From an uncultured Verrucomicrobiae bacterium (GTDB taxonomy: Bacteria > Verrucomicrobiota > Verrucomicrobiia > Chthoniobacterales > UBA10450), in assembly GCA_963815455.1 (NCBI GenBank), contig CAWFGO010000002.1, positions 160,001 to 224,000 of the forward strand: a stretch of 64,000 bases of DNA. Reading direction: 5' to 3'. The first letter of the stretch is position 1. Each line of letters opens with the position of its first letter. The notes under the pieces are model-generated. The model was not told the origin of the DNA and made no database searches. It saw only the letters and a list, made by a program, of their open reading frames with translations. A program made the position numbers and the translations under genes. Of this stretch, positions 39,580 to 50,347 are shown piece by piece.

Positions 39580-40235
39580 GCCGGCACCTTGCTTTCAAGC
39601 AGCCGCGAAATATCCGCGAAAACTGTTTCCCGGTCCCGGTTCCCGTCGATCCGATGCAAGATCGACATCTTCTCGTAAAATGCGGCCAGCGGCTCGGTCT
39701 TGGCGTGAAATTCCTGCAGTCGCGTTTGCAGGATGCTCACGTCATCATCGTTGCGGCGCACCAGCGGGCCATCGCAGTAAGGACAGATCGGGCGCTCGGC
39801 AAACTTCGCGCTCGATGCGCTGGTGGTAAATCCGCACTCCCCGCATTGCAGCCGGCCCGAAATGCGATCGTGAACTGTCTTTTCGGAAACTTCCAGCCAG
39901 ATGGCCAGATCGAGAGCCGTGTGCACCCGTTCCAAAATCTTCTCCAGGCTTTGCGCCTGGGGCAAAGTGCGGGGAAACCCATCGAAAATAAATCCGTGCG
40001 CGCCGTGCAACCGCAGCCAGTCCTCAATCAGCTTCACAATGATCTCATCCGATACCAGCCCGCCCCGCTGAGTGATTTCGGCCGTCGCCAGCCCCAGCGA
40101 GGTGCCGAGATCGCGTTCCCGCCGCAAGATCGCTCCCGGGGACGTGACCGGGATCCCAAACTGTCGAGTCAGCATTTCGGCCTGGGTTCCTTTTCCCGAG
40201 CCAGGCGCGCCTAGCAGAACGAGTCGCCTTTTCAC
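39576..40235 (-). CDS. adk: Adenylate kinase
   Basis: GAPGSGKGTQA, DGFPRT, Cys-containing LID; GTG start overlaps the secY stop. Confidence 0.95.
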   Translation of the reverse strand: MKRRLVLLGAPGSGKGTQAEMLTRQFGIPVTSPGAILRRERDLGTSLGLATAEITQRGGLVSDEIIVKLIEDWLRLHGAHGFIFDGFPRTLPQAQSLEKILERVHTALDLAIWLEVSEKTVHDRISGRLQCGECGFTTSASSAKFAERPICPYCDGPLVRRNDDDVSILQTRLQEFHAKTEPLAAFYEKMSILHRIDGNRDRETVFADISRLLESKVPA

Positions 40236-41740
40236 CTGGGGCCGTAGAGAAAAATTGCCACTCCGGCGATCACCAGCACGGCGATGCCCACGTAAAGCCA
40301 CATCAGCGCGCCCTGTCCGGCCGCCTCGCCGCGACTGTAAGCCGCACGATCAAAGGAACGCCCGCGAATCCGGCCCTTGCGCAGAAATCCGTCGTAATGG
40401 CGCTGAATCAAATGCGTCTCCACCTGCCGCATCGTATCCAGAATCACGCCGACGATAATCAACAAGCTCGTGCCGCCAAAAAATTGCGCCGTGATTTGAG
40501 GAACATTCAGTCCCTGGCTCATCAGGGCGGGAAGGATCGCGATGAGGGTCAGGAAAATCGCCCCTGCAAAAGTCAGGCGTGTCATCGTGAAATCGAGAAA
40601 ATCCGCGGTCGGCTTGCCCGGACGCACGCCTGGAATGTAGCCGCCGTATTTTTTCAAATCATCCGCAATTTGCGCCGGCTGAAACTGCGTTGCGACCCAA
40701 AAATAACTGAAGAAGAAAATCATCCCCGCCAGAACCGCGTAGTGCGGCCAACCGGTGGAAAGCGCGCTGGCGATCCGCGCAGCCGTCGGGCTCTGCGGAA
40801 ACGCGTAGCCAACAATTGTGGTCGGGAACAAAAGCAAAGCCCACGCGAAAATGATCGGCATCACTCCGGCGTAGTTCACTTTTAACGGCATATATTGCGT
40901 CTGACCGCCGTACATTTTGCGACCGATCACTCGCTTGGCGTACTGCACGGTTATTTTGCGCACACCCTGGGTGATCGCGATGACTCCGGCGATGACGATG
41001 AACAAGAACGCCACCATCAACACCAAAATGGCCGGATTGACCTGACTCGTGCCAGTCGCCGCCGAAGGAACAAACGTCTTCCAGGCCTGCGCCAAAGCCG
41101 CCGGCAAGCGCGCCACGATGCCGATCGTAATAATAAGCGAAATCCCGTTGCCAATGCCGCGCTCGGTGATTTGATCGCCCAGCCACATTAGAAAAAGCGT
41201 TCCCGTGGTGAGCGAAATCACGGTCACGATACGAAACGTCCACCCGGAATCCTCCACCAATGGGATACCGAGTCGCTGGATCGTGTCGGAAATTCCTCCC
41301 AGCACAATGTGATACGACTCCGGGTGCTGAAACGATACCGCGAGCATGTAGCCTTGAAAAATACAAAGCCCGACCGTCGCGTAGCGGGTTAACTGCATGA
41401 TCTTCTGCCGCCCGCCATCTTCGCGGGCCAGCCTGCTCAATTGCGGGATTACCGCCGTGAGCAGCTGCATCATGATCGACGCGCTGATGTAAGGCATGAT
41501 GCCCAGCGAAAATACGGCGCAGTTTTCCAATGCGCCGCCGCTGAATAAATTGAACAAGGCGCCAACGCCGCCTCCAGATCCCTTAGCTGCGCTGTTGAAC
41601 CATTCTTGCAGCACAGCCTGATTCACCCCCGGTGTGGTGATCGCGGCGCCCAGGCGCACAATGACGATCACCGCCAGCGTAAACAGGATGCGACGGCGCA
41701 ACTCCGGTATCTTGACCGAGTTTAGAAACGCCGAGACCAT
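40232..41740 (-). CDS. secY: Preprotein translocase SecY
   Basis: LGIMPYISASI, GIGNGISL, IPGVRPG, GGTSLLI. Confidence 0.98.
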   Translation of the reverse strand: MVSAFLNSVKIPELRRRILFTLAVIVIVRLGAAITTPGVNQAVLQEWFNSAAKGSGGGVGALFNLFSGGALENCAVFSLGIMPYISASIMMQLLTAVIPQLSRLAREDGGRQKIMQLTRYATVGLCIFQGYMLAVSFQHPESYHIVLGGISDTIQRLGIPLVEDSGWTFRIVTVISLTTGTLFLMWLGDQITERGIGNGISLIITIGIVARLPAALAQAWKTFVPSAATGTSQVNPAILVLMVAFLFIVIAGVIAITQGVRKITVQYAKRVIGRKMYGGQTQYMPLKVNYAGVMPIIFAWALLLFPTTIVGYAFPQSPTAARIASALSTGWPHYAVLAGMIFFFSYFWVATQFQPAQIADDLKKYGGYIPGVRPGKPTADFLDFTMTRLTFAGAIFLTLIAILPALMSQGLNVPQITAQFFGGTSLLIIVGVILDTMRQVETHLIQRHYDGFLRKGRIRGRSFDRAAYSRGEAAGQGALMWLYVGIAVLVIAGVAIFLYGPR

Positions 41741-41771
41741 TCGCTAAATCTGGAGCATCGCCTGACGAGCG

Positions 41772-42365
41772 CTAGCCCTTCTTTGATGCTTTCTTCTTGG
41801 GCGATTTCGCCTTAGCCGCGGCTTTGGTTGTCGATCTTTTCTTCGCAGGCGAAGCAGGCGCCGCCTTCTCCGCCGCAGCATCGACTTGTTCCTGCACGGC
41901 TGCCGCCGTTTCCGCTCGCCGGTCCCGCAATGTGATCGTTCCACCGGCCTTCTCGATCTTTTCCCGGGCCGCCGCGCTCACTTTGTCGGCCTCAACGGTC
42001 AGGCCGTGTTTCAATTCGCCATCACCGAGGATTTTTATTCCAACGAAATGACCGCGCACCAGGTTCGATTCGCGCAATAGCTTCTCGTTTACGACCGTCC
42101 CGGCCTTGAATCCTTTGAGAAGATCGAGATTAACGATCGCGTAATGCTTGTGAAACGCTGCGTTGTTGAAGCCGCGCTTTGGCAATCGCCGGATCAACGG
42201 CATTTGCCCGCCTTCGAACCCGAGCCGAATGCTGCCGCCGGAGCGCGCCTTTTGCCCCTTGTGGCCCTTGCCGCTCGTCTTTCCGTGTCCGGAGCTCTCA
42301 CCGCAACCGAGCCGTTTGACCCGATGCCGTGAACCCGGACGCGGCCGCAGATTATGAAGACGCAT
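41772..42365 (-). CDS. rplO: 50S ribosomal protein L15
   Basis: GKTSGKGHKGQKARSG, FEGGQMPL.RRLPKRGF. Confidence 0.98.
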   Translation of the reverse strand: MRLHNLRPRPGSRHRVKRLGCGESSGHGKTSGKGHKGQKARSGGSIRLGFEGGQMPLIRRLPKRGFNNAAFHKHYAIVNLDLLKGFKAGTVVNEKLLRESNLVRGHFVGIKILGDGELKHGLTVEADKVSAAAREKIEKAGGTITLRDRRAETAAAVQEQVDAAAEKAAPASPAKKRSTTKAAAKAKSPKKKASKKG

Positions 42366-42919
42366 CATGACGGTTGCTCTGCCTTTCCATCCATGGAGCG
42401 AATCCCGCGCACTTTTAGAATTTCGTCGCGGCGTCGCAAAGATCGCAGCGCGGCGATGGTCGCCTTGACCACGTTGGCGTGATTGCTCGAGCCGAGCGAT
42501 TTCGCCAATACATCGCGAATGCCGGCCGCCTCAACAACTGCCCGCACACCACCGCCGGCGATCACGCCCGTTCCCGGCGAAGCCGGCCGCAACAATACGC
42601 GGCCCCCGCCGTACTGACCGATCACTTCGTGCGGAATCGTGTTTTCGTGCAGAGACATTTTTTCCATTGCTTTGCGGGCCGACTCGGAGGCTTTCCGGAT
42701 CGCTTCCGAAACTTCGTTCGCTTTGCCGAACCCAACCCCGACTTTCCCATCGTGATCTCCGGCCACGATCAACGCGCTGAAACTAAAACGCCGGCCGCCT
42801 TTCACGACTTTGGCGCAACGATTGATGAACACGACTTTCTCGGTCGTATCACCTCTTGCCGCCGGAGTCTTGTCCGTGTTTCGATCTGGTCGCCTACCGC
42901 CTGAACCTTGTTGTGCCAT
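42365..42919 (-). CDS. rpsE: 30S ribosomal protein S5
   Basis: [23 protein letters not shown]. Confidence 0.98.
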   Translation of the reverse strand: MAQQGSGGRRPDRNTDKTPAARGDTTEKVVFINRCAKVVKGGRRFSFSALIVAGDHDGKVGVGFGKANEVSEAIRKASESARKAMEKMSLHENTIPHEVIGQYGGGRVLLRPASPGTGVIAGGGVRAVVEAAGIRDVLAKSLGSSNHANVVKATIAALRSLRRRDEILKVRGIRSMDGKAEQPS

Positions 42920-42922
42920 GAG

Positions 42923-43288
42923 TTAAAACTTTAAACCGCCCGCGCGCGCCGCATCCGCGAGAGCTTTCACTTTGCCTTGATATTGAAACCCGCCACGATC
43001 GAAAACCACCTTGTCGATCTTCTTTCCGAGCGCGAGTTCGGCGATTATTTTGCCCACCGCTTCGGCCGTGGCCCGGTTTGCTGCCAGCTTACTTTTGCCC
43101 AGCAGACCTTTTTGAGTTGTCGACGCGGAGATCAATGTCTTGCCGGCATCGTCGTCAATCACCTGCGCGTAAACATGTTTGCCGGAAAAATGGATGGCCA
43201 AACGCGGCCGCCCAGCAGTGCCGGAAATCTTTTTCCGGATCCGCAGGTGCAAACGTTTGCGCGTCGCTTTTCGATTGAACGTCGCCAT
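42923..43288 (-). CDS. rplR: 50S ribosomal protein L18
   Basis: RPRL, YAQVIDD, VVFDRGGFQYQG. Confidence 0.97.
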   Translation of the reverse strand: MATFNRKATRKRLHLRIRKKISGTAGRPRLAIHFSGKHVYAQVIDDDAGKTLISASTTQKGLLGKSKLAANRATAEAVGKIIAELALGKKIDKVVFDRGGFQYQGKVKALADAARAGGLKF

Positions 43289-43289
43289 A

Positions 43290-43829
43290 TTACTGAACCG
43301 TCTTACCTTCCTTGCGACGAACCTGCTCGCCCGCATATCGCACACCTTTGCCCTTGTACGGCTCCGGCGGATAAAAGCGACGAATGTCCGCGGCGACCTG
43401 GCCGACCAGTTTCTTGTCGACACCCTGGATGTCGATCTTGGTCGCGTCGGTTACCGTGATCTTAATATCTTTTGGGATCGGAAACAGAATCGGATGAGAA
43501 AAACCGAGGCTCAGGTTGAGTGTCGATCCTTGCACCGCCGCCTTGAAACCGACGCCCTCAATCTCGAGCTGCTTGCTGAATCCTTCGCTCACGCCCTGGA
43601 CCATGTTGTGAACCAGGCTGCGCGAGAGGCCATGCAACGCTTTCACGCTCCGCGTCTCCGCGGCCCGGGCGATCGTGATCCGGTTGTTGTCGATCTTGGC
43701 CGAGATGTGGCGAGGCAATTTCCAATTGAGTTTCCCCTTGGGCCCTTCCACGGCCACGGCGCCGTCGTTGCCGACGTTCACCTTCACTTTGGCGGGAATC
43801 TCGACCGCTTTATTTCCGATCCGTGACAT
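43290..43829 (-). CDS. rplF: 50S ribosomal protein L6
   Basis: MSRIG, GPKG.L, PEPYKGKG. Confidence 0.98.
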   Translation of the reverse strand: MSRIGNKAVEIPAKVKVNVGNDGAVAVEGPKGKLNWKLPRHISAKIDNNRITIARAAETRSVKALHGLSRSLVHNMVQGVSEGFSKQLEIEGVGFKAAVQGSTLNLSLGFSHPILFPIPKDIKITVTDATKIDIQGVDKKLVGQVAADIRRFYPPEPYKGKGVRYAGEQVRRKEGKTVQ

Positions 43830-43834
43830 AAAAT

Positions 43835-44233
43835 TTACCAAACGTAAGCCAGCAGCTCGCCGCCGACCTTTTGCTTCTTTGCTTCGCGTCCCGACAGCAC
43901 ACCGCGTGGCGTGGAGAGGATCGCTACGCCCATTCCGCCCAGCACGCGGGGGATTTCGTCCGCACCGACGTAACGGCGCAGCCCCGGCCGGCTGACGCGC
44001 TTCAATCCAGTGATTGCGCTCGTTCGATCGACCAATTTATTCGTGACCTTGATTCGCGGATGGGCCGCCGTGGTGTCGACTGCGTAATCGCTGATGTAAC
44101 CTTCCTCTTTCAAAATGCGGATAATCTCCGCCTTTACCTTAGAGTACGGAACGAACATCTCGATCTTCTGCGCCTGCGCTCCATTGCGCAGCCGCGCGAT
44201 CAAATCTGCAATTGGATCTGTAACAGTGCCCAT
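43835..44233 (-). CDS. rpsH: 30S ribosomal protein S8
   Basis: DPIAD, SRPGLR.Y, GGELLAYVW. Confidence 0.98.
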   Translation of the reverse strand: MGTVTDPIADLIARLRNGAQAQKIEMFVPYSKVKAEIIRILKEEGYISDYAVDTTAAHPRIKVTNKLVDRTSAITGLKRVSRPGLRRYVGADEIPRVLGGMGVAILSTPRGVLSGREAKKQKVGGELLAYVW

Positions 44234-44238
44234 GAAAT

Positions 44239-44808
44239 TTAAGATTGCGCGGCGGCCTTCTTGGCCCGGTCGCTGAACGGCATCCCCATTTCGCTCAAGA
44301 GCGATTTGGCTTCCTCGTTCGTCCGCGCGGTGGTGACGATTGTAACATCAAATCCGATGTTGCGCTTGATTTTATCCAGCTCGACCTCGGGAAAAATGGA
44401 TTGGTCCGAAACGCCCAGCGTGTAGTTGCCATTGTTGTCGAAGGAACGCGGCGATACCCCGCGAAAGTCGCGAATACGCGGCAGCGCGGTTTTGATGAAG
44501 CGCTCCAGAAATTCGTACATCCGCTCGCCCCGCAACGTCACTTTCGCGCCAATCATCTGGTCTTTGCGAAGCTTGAAATTCGCGATGCTTTTCTTGGCCC
44601 GCGTTTCCAAGGGGCGCTGCCCGGTGATCAAGGCCAGCTCCGCCTTTGCCTCCTCCAGCGCTTGCTTCACGTCCGTTTGCGAACCGACGGAGGTGTTGAT
44701 CACCACTTTCTCGACCTTCGGGACCTGGTGAACGTTCTTGTAACCGTGCTGCTTTTTCAGCGCCGGCATCACCCGCTCCTTGTAGTCTTTGTAAAATTCG
44801 TTTTCCAT
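44239..44808 (-). CDS. rplE: 50S ribosomal protein L5
   Basis: [21 protein letters not shown]. Confidence 0.98.
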   Translation of the reverse strand: MENEFYKDYKERVMPALKKQHGYKNVHQVPKVEKVVINTSVGSQTDVKQALEEAKAELALITGQRPLETRAKKSIANFKLRKDQMIGAKVTLRGERMYEFLERFIKTALPRIRDFRGVSPRSFDNNGNYTLGVSDQSIFPEVELDKIKRNIGFDVTIVTTARTNEEAKSLLSEMGMPFSDRAKKAAAQS

Positions 44809-45113
44809 CACGCCGCCTTCTTCTCAGTCGCCTTCTTCGGTTTCTTTTCCTTTACACTCTTCTTCTCAGATTTCTTCTCGCGCTCGATCAATCTCACGTT
44901 CGAGATATGAATCGGCCCTTCTTTTTCCGCGATCTTGCCGCTCGGGTTGTCCTGCGATTTGCGCAGATGCTTCTTAATAATACGCACGCCCTCGATCAGC
45001 ACCCGATGCTTGCTCGGAAGCACAGCCAGAATCTTTCCGGTGGACCCGCGAAAATTCCCGCAGATCACCTCGACCTGATCGCCTTTTTTTACGTGAAACT
45101 TAATGCGGTTCAT
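44808..45113 (-). CDS. rplX: 50S ribosomal protein L24
   Basis: [16 protein letters not shown]. Confidence 0.96.
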   Translation of the reverse strand: MNRIKFHVKKGDQVEVICGNFRGSTGKILAVLPSKHRVLIEGVRIIKKHLRKSQDNPSGKIAEKEGPIHISNVRLIEREKKSEKKSVKEKKPKKATEKKAA

Positions 45114-45119
45114 AAAACT

Positions 45120-45238
45120 GGAGGACAGGCTGCCAGCCTGTCTCGGCCGACAAGCAGCCTGCTTGTCGATCTTGCCGCGGATGAAGAAGCAACACGCTGG
45201 CAGCGTGTTTGCCGAGTCAGGCAGGCTGCCTGACTTCC
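45120..45238. repeat. REPIN-like element between rplN and rplX
   Basis: ggaggacaggctgccagcctgtc ... gtcaggcaggctgcctgacttcc. Confidence 0.85.
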
Positions 45239-45276
45239 ATCCCTGACGTCAATCGTCATTCGGGCCTCATCATTCA

Positions 45277-45642
45277 TCATAGTACCTCCGGAGCGAGTGA
45301 CACGATTTTCATGAAATTGCGCTCGCGCAACTCGCGCGCGACCGGCCCAAAAATTCGCGTCCCACGCGGATTCAAATCCTTGTCGATGATAACGATCGCG
45401 TTGTTATCGAAGCGCAAAACCGAACCGTCGTCGCGTTTGATCGGCTGCCGCGTGCGCACCAAAACAGCCCGAACAACTTCGCCCTTTTTCACGGTTCCGG
45501 TCGCGCTCGCTTCTTTCACGTTCGCCGTGATGACGTCACCGATGCCGGCGTAAAGCGTCGACTTGCCGATTACGCCGATCATCGTCGCCATCCGCGCGCC
45601 GCTGTTATCAGCTACATCCAATCTGGATCGAAGTTGCACCAT
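45277..45642 (-). CDS. rplN: 50S ribosomal protein L14
   Basis: [26 protein letters not shown]. Confidence 0.98.
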   Translation of the reverse strand: MVQLRSRLDVADNSGARMATMIGVIGKSTLYAGIGDVITANVKEASATGTVKKGEVVRAVLVRTRQPIKRDDGSVLRFDNNAIVIIDKDLNPRGTRIFGPVARELRERNFMKIVSLAPEVL

Positions 45643-45661
45643 AGAAATTTCCTCTTTTTCC

Positions 45662-45964
45662 CTATTTGGTCAGGACCTCCACCAGACGCCAGCGCTTCAA
45701 TTTGCTCAACGGCCGAGTCTCCATGATCCGCACTGTGTCGCCCGCCTTTGCCTTGTTCTCTTCGTCGTGGGCGTAAAACTTCCGCATCTGCTTGACGATT
45801 TTACCAAAACGCGGGTGCGGCACACGGGTCACGGTCCGGACAACGATCGTCTTGTTCATGCTGCTCGAAATCACCTGGCCGGTGCGCGTCTTCCGCGAAC
45901 TTCGGGTAACCGATGCTGGCAGCGGCGGTGGTTTGGCAAGCGATTGCTGGTCTGGTTCGGCCAT
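45662..45964 (-). CDS. rpsQ: 30S ribosomal protein S17
   Basis: MNKTIVV, AHDE.N, ETRPLSK.KRW. Confidence 0.97.
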   Translation of the reverse strand: MAEPDQQSLAKPPPLPASVTRSSRKTRTGQVISSSMNKTIVVRTVTRVPHPRFGKIVKQMRKFYAHDEENKAKAGDTVRIMETRPLSKLKRWRLVEVLTK

Positions 45965-45969
45965 AAAAT

Positions 45970-46173
45970 TTATTTCTGGTTCGTCTCCCTGGTGCGGCGG
46001 GCGAGCACTGTTTCAATGCGCGCCACGTCGCGCCGCAAAAGGCGCAACCGGCTCGGTTGTTCGAGCTGGCCGCTCTGCTGCTGCAGACGCAAATGCAAGC
46101 TCTCCTGGCGCAAGTCGCGTTTCTTGGTCAGCAACTCGTCCGTGCTCATCTCGATGACTTCTTTAATTTTCAT
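45970..46173 (-). CDS. rpmC: 50S ribosomal protein L29
   Basis: LR.Q...GQLE, RRDVARI.T; canonical operon position. Confidence 0.95.
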   Translation of the reverse strand: MKIKEVIEMSTDELLTKKRDLRQESLHLRLQQQSGQLEQPSRLRLLRRDVARIETVLARRTRETNQK

Positions 46174-46180
46174 GATCTCT

Positions 46181-46606
46181 TTACGCGGCCCTCAGGTGAT
46201 GGCGGCTCAAAAACTTCGTCCGCACCGGCAGCTTGTCCGCCGCCAGCCGAAGCGACTCGCGCGCGACCGATTCCGGCACGCCGTCCAGTTCAAACAAAAT
46301 GTTCCCGGGCTTGACCGTAGCGACCCAGAATTCCGGCTGGCCTTTGCCTTTACCCATTCGCGTTTCCGGCGGACGCGAGGTCACTGATTTGTCCGGAAAA
46401 ATGCGAATCCATAATTTGCCTTTGCGCTTCATGTTGCGAGTAAGGGCAACGCGCGCCGCTTCCAACTGCGTATTCGTGATCCAGGCGCGCTCCAGCGTTT
46501 GCAAACCGAACTCGCCAAAGTCGATCCTGAGATTGCGCGAGGCAGTCCCCTTGCGGCTTCCCCGCTGGGACTTGCGATACTTCACGCGTTTGGGCATCAA
46601 CGGCAT
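46181..46606 (-). CDS. rplP: 50S ribosomal protein L16
   Basis: [22 protein letters not shown]. Confidence 0.98.
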   Translation of the reverse strand: MPLMPKRVKYRKSQRGSRKGTASRNLRIDFGEFGLQTLERAWITNTQLEAARVALTRNMKRKGKLWIRIFPDKSVTSRPPETRMGKGKGQPEFWVATVKPGNILFELDGVPESVARESLRLAADKLPVRTKFLSRHHLRAA

Positions 46607-46617
46607 AAAATTTTTTC

Positions 46618-47304
46618 CTAGACTTGAGCTGGTTCAGGCGGCGGTGGCGGCGGTGCGGACATCGCCGGCTCGGCCGGCGCTTCTTCTTTCTTACAGATCC
46701 AGCACTTTACTCCGATCTTGCCGTAAACAGTGTTGGCTTCAGCGAAGCCGTAATCGATTGGGGTCCGCAATGTATGCAGCGGGACTTTTCCTTCACGATA
46801 CCATTCCGACCGTGAAATTTCCGCGCCGTTAAGGCGCCCCGAGCAACGCAATCGAATTCCCTGGGCGCCGAAATCCATCGCGGTTTGCACCGCTTTTTTC
46901 ATGGCCCGGCGATAGGCGATACGTCGCTCGATTTGCAACGCCACGTTTTCCGCGATCAACTGGGCATCGAGCTCGGGCGATTTGATTTCCTGGATGTCGA
47001 TCTTGATCTGTTTGCCCTGCGCCATCTTCGAAATTTCTTCGGTCATCTTCTCGATCTCGGCGCCTTTGCGCCCGATCACGATGCCTGGACGCGCGGTGAA
47101 GATGGTGACACGAATGCTGTTCCAGGCGCGCTCGATCACAATCTTCGACACGGCCGCGAACTGGAGTTTCTTTTTCACGTAGCCGCGAATCTCCAGATCG
47201 CTGTGCAAAAATGCCGGCAACTCCTGCGGCGACGCATACCAGCGCGAACGCCAGTCCCGGTTCACGCCCAGGCGAAATCCAATTGGATTAACTTTTTGTC
47301 CCAT
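46618..47304 (-). CDS. rpsC: 30S ribosomal protein S3
   Basis: [27 protein letters not shown]. Confidence 0.98.
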   Translation of the reverse strand: MGQKVNPIGFRLGVNRDWRSRWYASPQELPAFLHSDLEIRGYVKKKLQFAAVSKIVIERAWNSIRVTIFTARPGIVIGRKGAEIEKMTEEISKMAQGKQIKIDIQEIKSPELDAQLIAENVALQIERRIAYRRAMKKAVQTAMDFGAQGIRLRCSGRLNGAEISRSEWYREGKVPLHTLRTPIDYGFAEANTVYGKIGVKCWICKKEEAPAEPAMSAPPPPPPEPAQV

Positions 47305-47333
47305 AATCAGTTTCTAAAAAACAAAATTACCCC

Positions 47334-47427
47334 TGTCATCCCGACCATGGTCGAGGGATCCCGTGGCGTTACCTTCACGTTCCAAAACGGGATTCTTCGA
47401 CTCCGCTTCGCTTCGCTCAGAATGACA
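47334..47427. repeat. GTCATCC-type REP doublet between rplV and rpsC
   Basis: tgtcatcccgaccatggtcgagggatcccg ... cgggattcttcgactccgcttcgcttcgctcagaatgaca. Confidence 0.88.
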
Positions 47428-47442
47428 GTGCATATTCAAAAT

Positions 47443-47922
47443 CTATTTCTTCGCTTTCTTCGCCGCCTTTTTCGCTCTCGGCTTTTTTCCGCCAGTTGTT
47501 GTCGATCCTCCGGCCTCGCCGGTTCCCTCTTTAGCCGCTTTCTCGTCCGCTTTGCGTTTGGCCTTTCGCGTCTCGCGCGTTTCAATTGGAATCTCGTCCG
47601 TCAACACGATGCGAATGTGACTGGTCCGTTTCAAAATGCCGCTCGCGCTTCCGCGGGCCCGGGCCATGATGCGCTTAATCGTTGGACCCTCGCCAGCCAC
47701 TGCTTCCTTCACCACCAGCCCGTCGGGCTTGAGATTCGCGTTATTCTCCGCGTTGGCGACGGCGCTCTTCAATGTCTTACCAACAAGAAACGCCGCCTTC
47801 TTCGGGGTAAAAGCAAGGAGATCGAGCGCTGCCGAAACCGGCAGGCCCTGGATCTCACGCGTGACTTCGCGCACCTTAAATGCCGAAATCCGCGCGTACC
47901 TGTATATCGATCTAACTTCCAT
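47443..47922 (-). CDS. rplV: 50S ribosomal protein L22
   Basis: RIS..KVR, SAVANAE.N, RARG, KRTSHI. Confidence 0.97.
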   Translation of the reverse strand: MEVRSIYRYARISAFKVREVTREIQGLPVSAALDLLAFTPKKAAFLVGKTLKSAVANAENNANLKPDGLVVKEAVAGEGPTIKRIMARARGSASGILKRTSHIRIVLTDEIPIETRETRKAKRKADEKAAKEGTGEAGGSTTTGGKKPRAKKAAKKAKK

Positions 47923-48771
47923 TTATTTTAAACTCATATTCGCGTGCACGTCCGCCTGGAGGCGATCGCCCACTTTTATTTTCTCTTTTCCAGAATCCTC
48001 AATCACCGCACCGCAAATTTTCTGTCGCACATCGACCACTCGCAGGGTCGCGATCTTCTGATCGCCGCGCATCACCCGCATCGGCATCCCAATTTTTACA
48101 CCCTGCTTTTCTCCCAGGTTACCGACCACGAACGACCATTCTTCCTTTACGCTGATCACGCTGCCATCCATCAAACTTGGCTCGACCGATTTCTTGGCTG
48201 TCGATCCTGCCGCGATCTTGTTCGCCCTCCGCAACTGCGTTTCGAGATCCATCCGCGCCTGGGCGTTTCCACCCTGCGACGTCTTCAAGTAGCGTAACAT
48301 CGCTTCGTTCAATCGCAGCATCTGGTCGCGATATTCATCACGATCCTTCCGGGCCAGACGCAAATCGCTCACCGCCGCCAGCAGCCGCTGCTCTAGTTTC
48401 GCTCGATCTTTGCTCGCCGAAGCCAGCCCCAGCGCTTCCATTCGCAATTCCAAATCGGCATACTTCCGGCGAAACAATTCCGCCTCCGCATTCGATTCCG
48501 CCAGGCTGCCCGTCAACGTCCGCACCGATTCCCGCGCGATCGACAATTGCCGCCGCAGCTCTTCATTCTGCGTGAGCAACGCCGCCGCTGTCACCGCGTG
48601 TTCCGCGTTTTCAATCTTGGATTCTGACAAAGAACTCTTTCCCTCTGCCGCCAGCCCTCGAGCCAGCGTTATGCAGCCCACTAACGCGATTACCGGTCCC
48701 CAACCAACAGCCCTTTCAGGCAATCGAAAATCGAATGCCCGTCCGGCTCGGACCGAAAATCGAAAATTCAC
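47923..48771 (-). CDS. Hypothetical exported or membrane-anchored coiled-coil protein inside the S10 operon
   Basis: 282-codon ORF exactly filling the rpsS-rplV gap, with hydrophobic N-terminal segment, heptad-rich middle and beta-rich C-terminus. Start uncertain. Confidence 0.75.
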   Translation of the reverse strand: MNFRFSVRAGRAFDFRLPERAVGWGPVIALVGCITLARGLAAEGKSSLSESKIENAEHAVTAAALLTQNEELRRQLSIARESVRTLTGSLAESNAEAELFRRKYADLELRMEALGLASASKDRAKLEQRLLAAVSDLRLARKDRDEYRDQMLRLNEAMLRYLKTSQGGNAQARMDLETQLRRANKIAAGSTAKKSVEPSLMDGSVISVKEEWSFVVGNLGEKQGVKIGMPMRVMRGDQKIATLRVVDVRQKICGAVIEDSGKEKIKVGDRLQADVHANMSLK

Positions 48772-48772
48772 A

Positions 48773-49051
48773 TCACTTCGTTACCTTCGCTGTATGCGAA
48801 CCGTGTTTCTTGAAGATTCGCGTAGCCGAAAATTCGCCGAGCTTGTGGCCCACCATGTTCTCGGTAACAAAAACGGAAATGAAATTCTTTCCGTTATGAA
48901 CCAAAAATGTGTGCCCGACAAAATCCGGCGTTACCATCGAGCGTCGCGACCAGGTTTTGATCGGTTTTTTGGCGCTCGAACTGTTCATCTTGTCGATCTT
49001 CTCCAACAGATTCGACTCGACGAAGGGTCCTTTCTTTAACGATCTAGCCAT
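48773..49051 (-). CDS. rpsS: 30S ribosomal protein S19
   Basis: [24 protein letters not shown]. Confidence 0.98.
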   Translation of the reverse strand: MARSLKKGPFVESNLLEKIDKMNSSSAKKPIKTWSRRSMVTPDFVGHTFLVHNGKNFISVFVTENMVGHKLGEFSATRIFKKHGSHTAKVTK

Positions 49052-49056
49052 AAAAA

Positions 49057-49905
49057 TCAACTCTTCTTCTTCGATTTCCTGCGTTCCATAATAAACCGAT
49101 CGCTCGGCTTATGTTTGGTGCGGGTCTTAAATCCCTTGGCCAACTGGCCCCACGGACTAACCGGATGATGCCGGCCGCCGCCGCCCTTCGATTTGCCCTG
49201 ACCGCCGCCCATCGGGTGATCGATCGGGTTCATCGCCATGCCGCGCACATGCGAGCGCCGTCCCTGCCAGCGGGTCCGCCCAGCTTTGCCGCTCGACACA
49301 TTCATGTGATCGACATTGCTGACCTGGCCGATAGTCGCGAAGCAGTTCTCGTGAATTCGGCGGATTTCGCCGGATGGCATTTTCACCAGCGCATAGCCGC
49401 TCTCGATGTTGGTCAAAGTGGCCTGCTGTCCGGCGCTGCGAGCAACCTGGCCGCCACGGCCCGGGCTCAGCTCGATATTGTGGATATTTGTGCCTAACGG
49501 AATCGCGCGCAGCGGGAGCGCATTGCCAAGTTCCGGCGCTGCCCCATCTCCGGCCGAGACGGTCGATCCAACCCGGAGTCCATTGGGCGCCAAAATGTAG
49601 CTCATGTCGCCGTCCGCATATTTAATAAGAGCAATGCGCGCCGAGCGATTCGGGTCGTACTCGATGCCGATCACTTCCGCAGGAACGTCCCGTTTGCCGC
49701 GTTTGAAATCGACTTTGCGATATTTCTGTTTGTGACCGCCGCCAATGTGTCGCGAGGTCAAACGCCCGCGGTTATTGCGTCCGCCGGTCCTTTTCTTCGG
49801 TTCGAGAAGGCCCTTATGCGGCGTCCACTTGGTGATTTCGTCAAACCCAGGGAGCGATTTGAATCGCTGGGCCGGGGTGAGTGGTCTGTAACTTTTTAGT
49901 GCCAT
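49057..49905 (-). CDS. rplB: 50S ribosomal protein L2
   Basis: [24 protein letters not shown]. Confidence 0.98.
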   Translation of the reverse strand: MALKSYRPLTPAQRFKSLPGFDEITKWTPHKGLLEPKKRTGGRNNRGRLTSRHIGGGHKQKYRKVDFKRGKRDVPAEVIGIEYDPNRSARIALIKYADGDMSYILAPNGLRVGSTVSAGDGAAPELGNALPLRAIPLGTNIHNIELSPGRGGQVARSAGQQATLTNIESGYALVKMPSGEIRRIHENCFATIGQVSNVDHMNVSSGKAGRTRWQGRRSHVRGMAMNPIDHPMGGGQGKSKGGGGRHHPVSPWGQLAKGFKTRTKHKPSDRFIMERRKSKKKS

Positions 49906-49913
49906 AACGATTA

Positions 49914-50063
49914 AAAATTCGAAATTCGAAATCCGAAATCCGAAACAATTTCAGATATCCGAATGTTCGAAACGCGCCCGCAGCGATTCGCGACCTGTTT
50001 TGAATTTCGACCTTTATTCATTCGAGTTTGTTTCGGGTTTTCGATATTCGACATTCGGATTTT
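49914..50063. repeat. Inverted arms of 7-mer (AAATCCG/AAATTCG) tandem repeats between rplW and rplB
   Basis: aaaattcgaaattcgaaatccgaaatccgaaacaa ... ttgtttcgggttttcgatattcgacattcggatttt. Confidence 0.8.
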
Positions 50064-50068
50064 CGTCG

Positions 50069-50347
50069 CTAGACGAGGTCGATCTTCTCGCCTTCCTTCA
50101 GCGTCACGATCGCCTTCTTCCAGTGCGCGCGCCGCCCGAGCGGGCCGCGTACCCGTTTTTCTTTGCCGGCGTAATTACAGGTATTTACATCCACAACCTG
50201 CTTCTGGAACAAACGCTCGACCGCTTGTTTAATTTGAATCTTGTTCGCGCGCGGATTGACGCGGAAGACGTACTTGTTCTGCTTCTCGCTCATCAACGTC
50301 GACTTTTCGGTCAGTGACGCAGTTCGAATTATGTCGTGCTCGGTCAT
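50069..50347 (-). CDS. rplW: 50S ribosomal protein L23
   Basis: TEKS, ANK.QIK.AVE, WKKAIVTL. Confidence 0.97.
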   Translation of the reverse strand: MTEHDIIRTASLTEKSTLMSEKQNKYVFRVNPRANKIQIKQAVERLFQKQVVDVNTCNYAGKEKRVRGPLGRRAHWKKAIVTLKEGEKIDLV

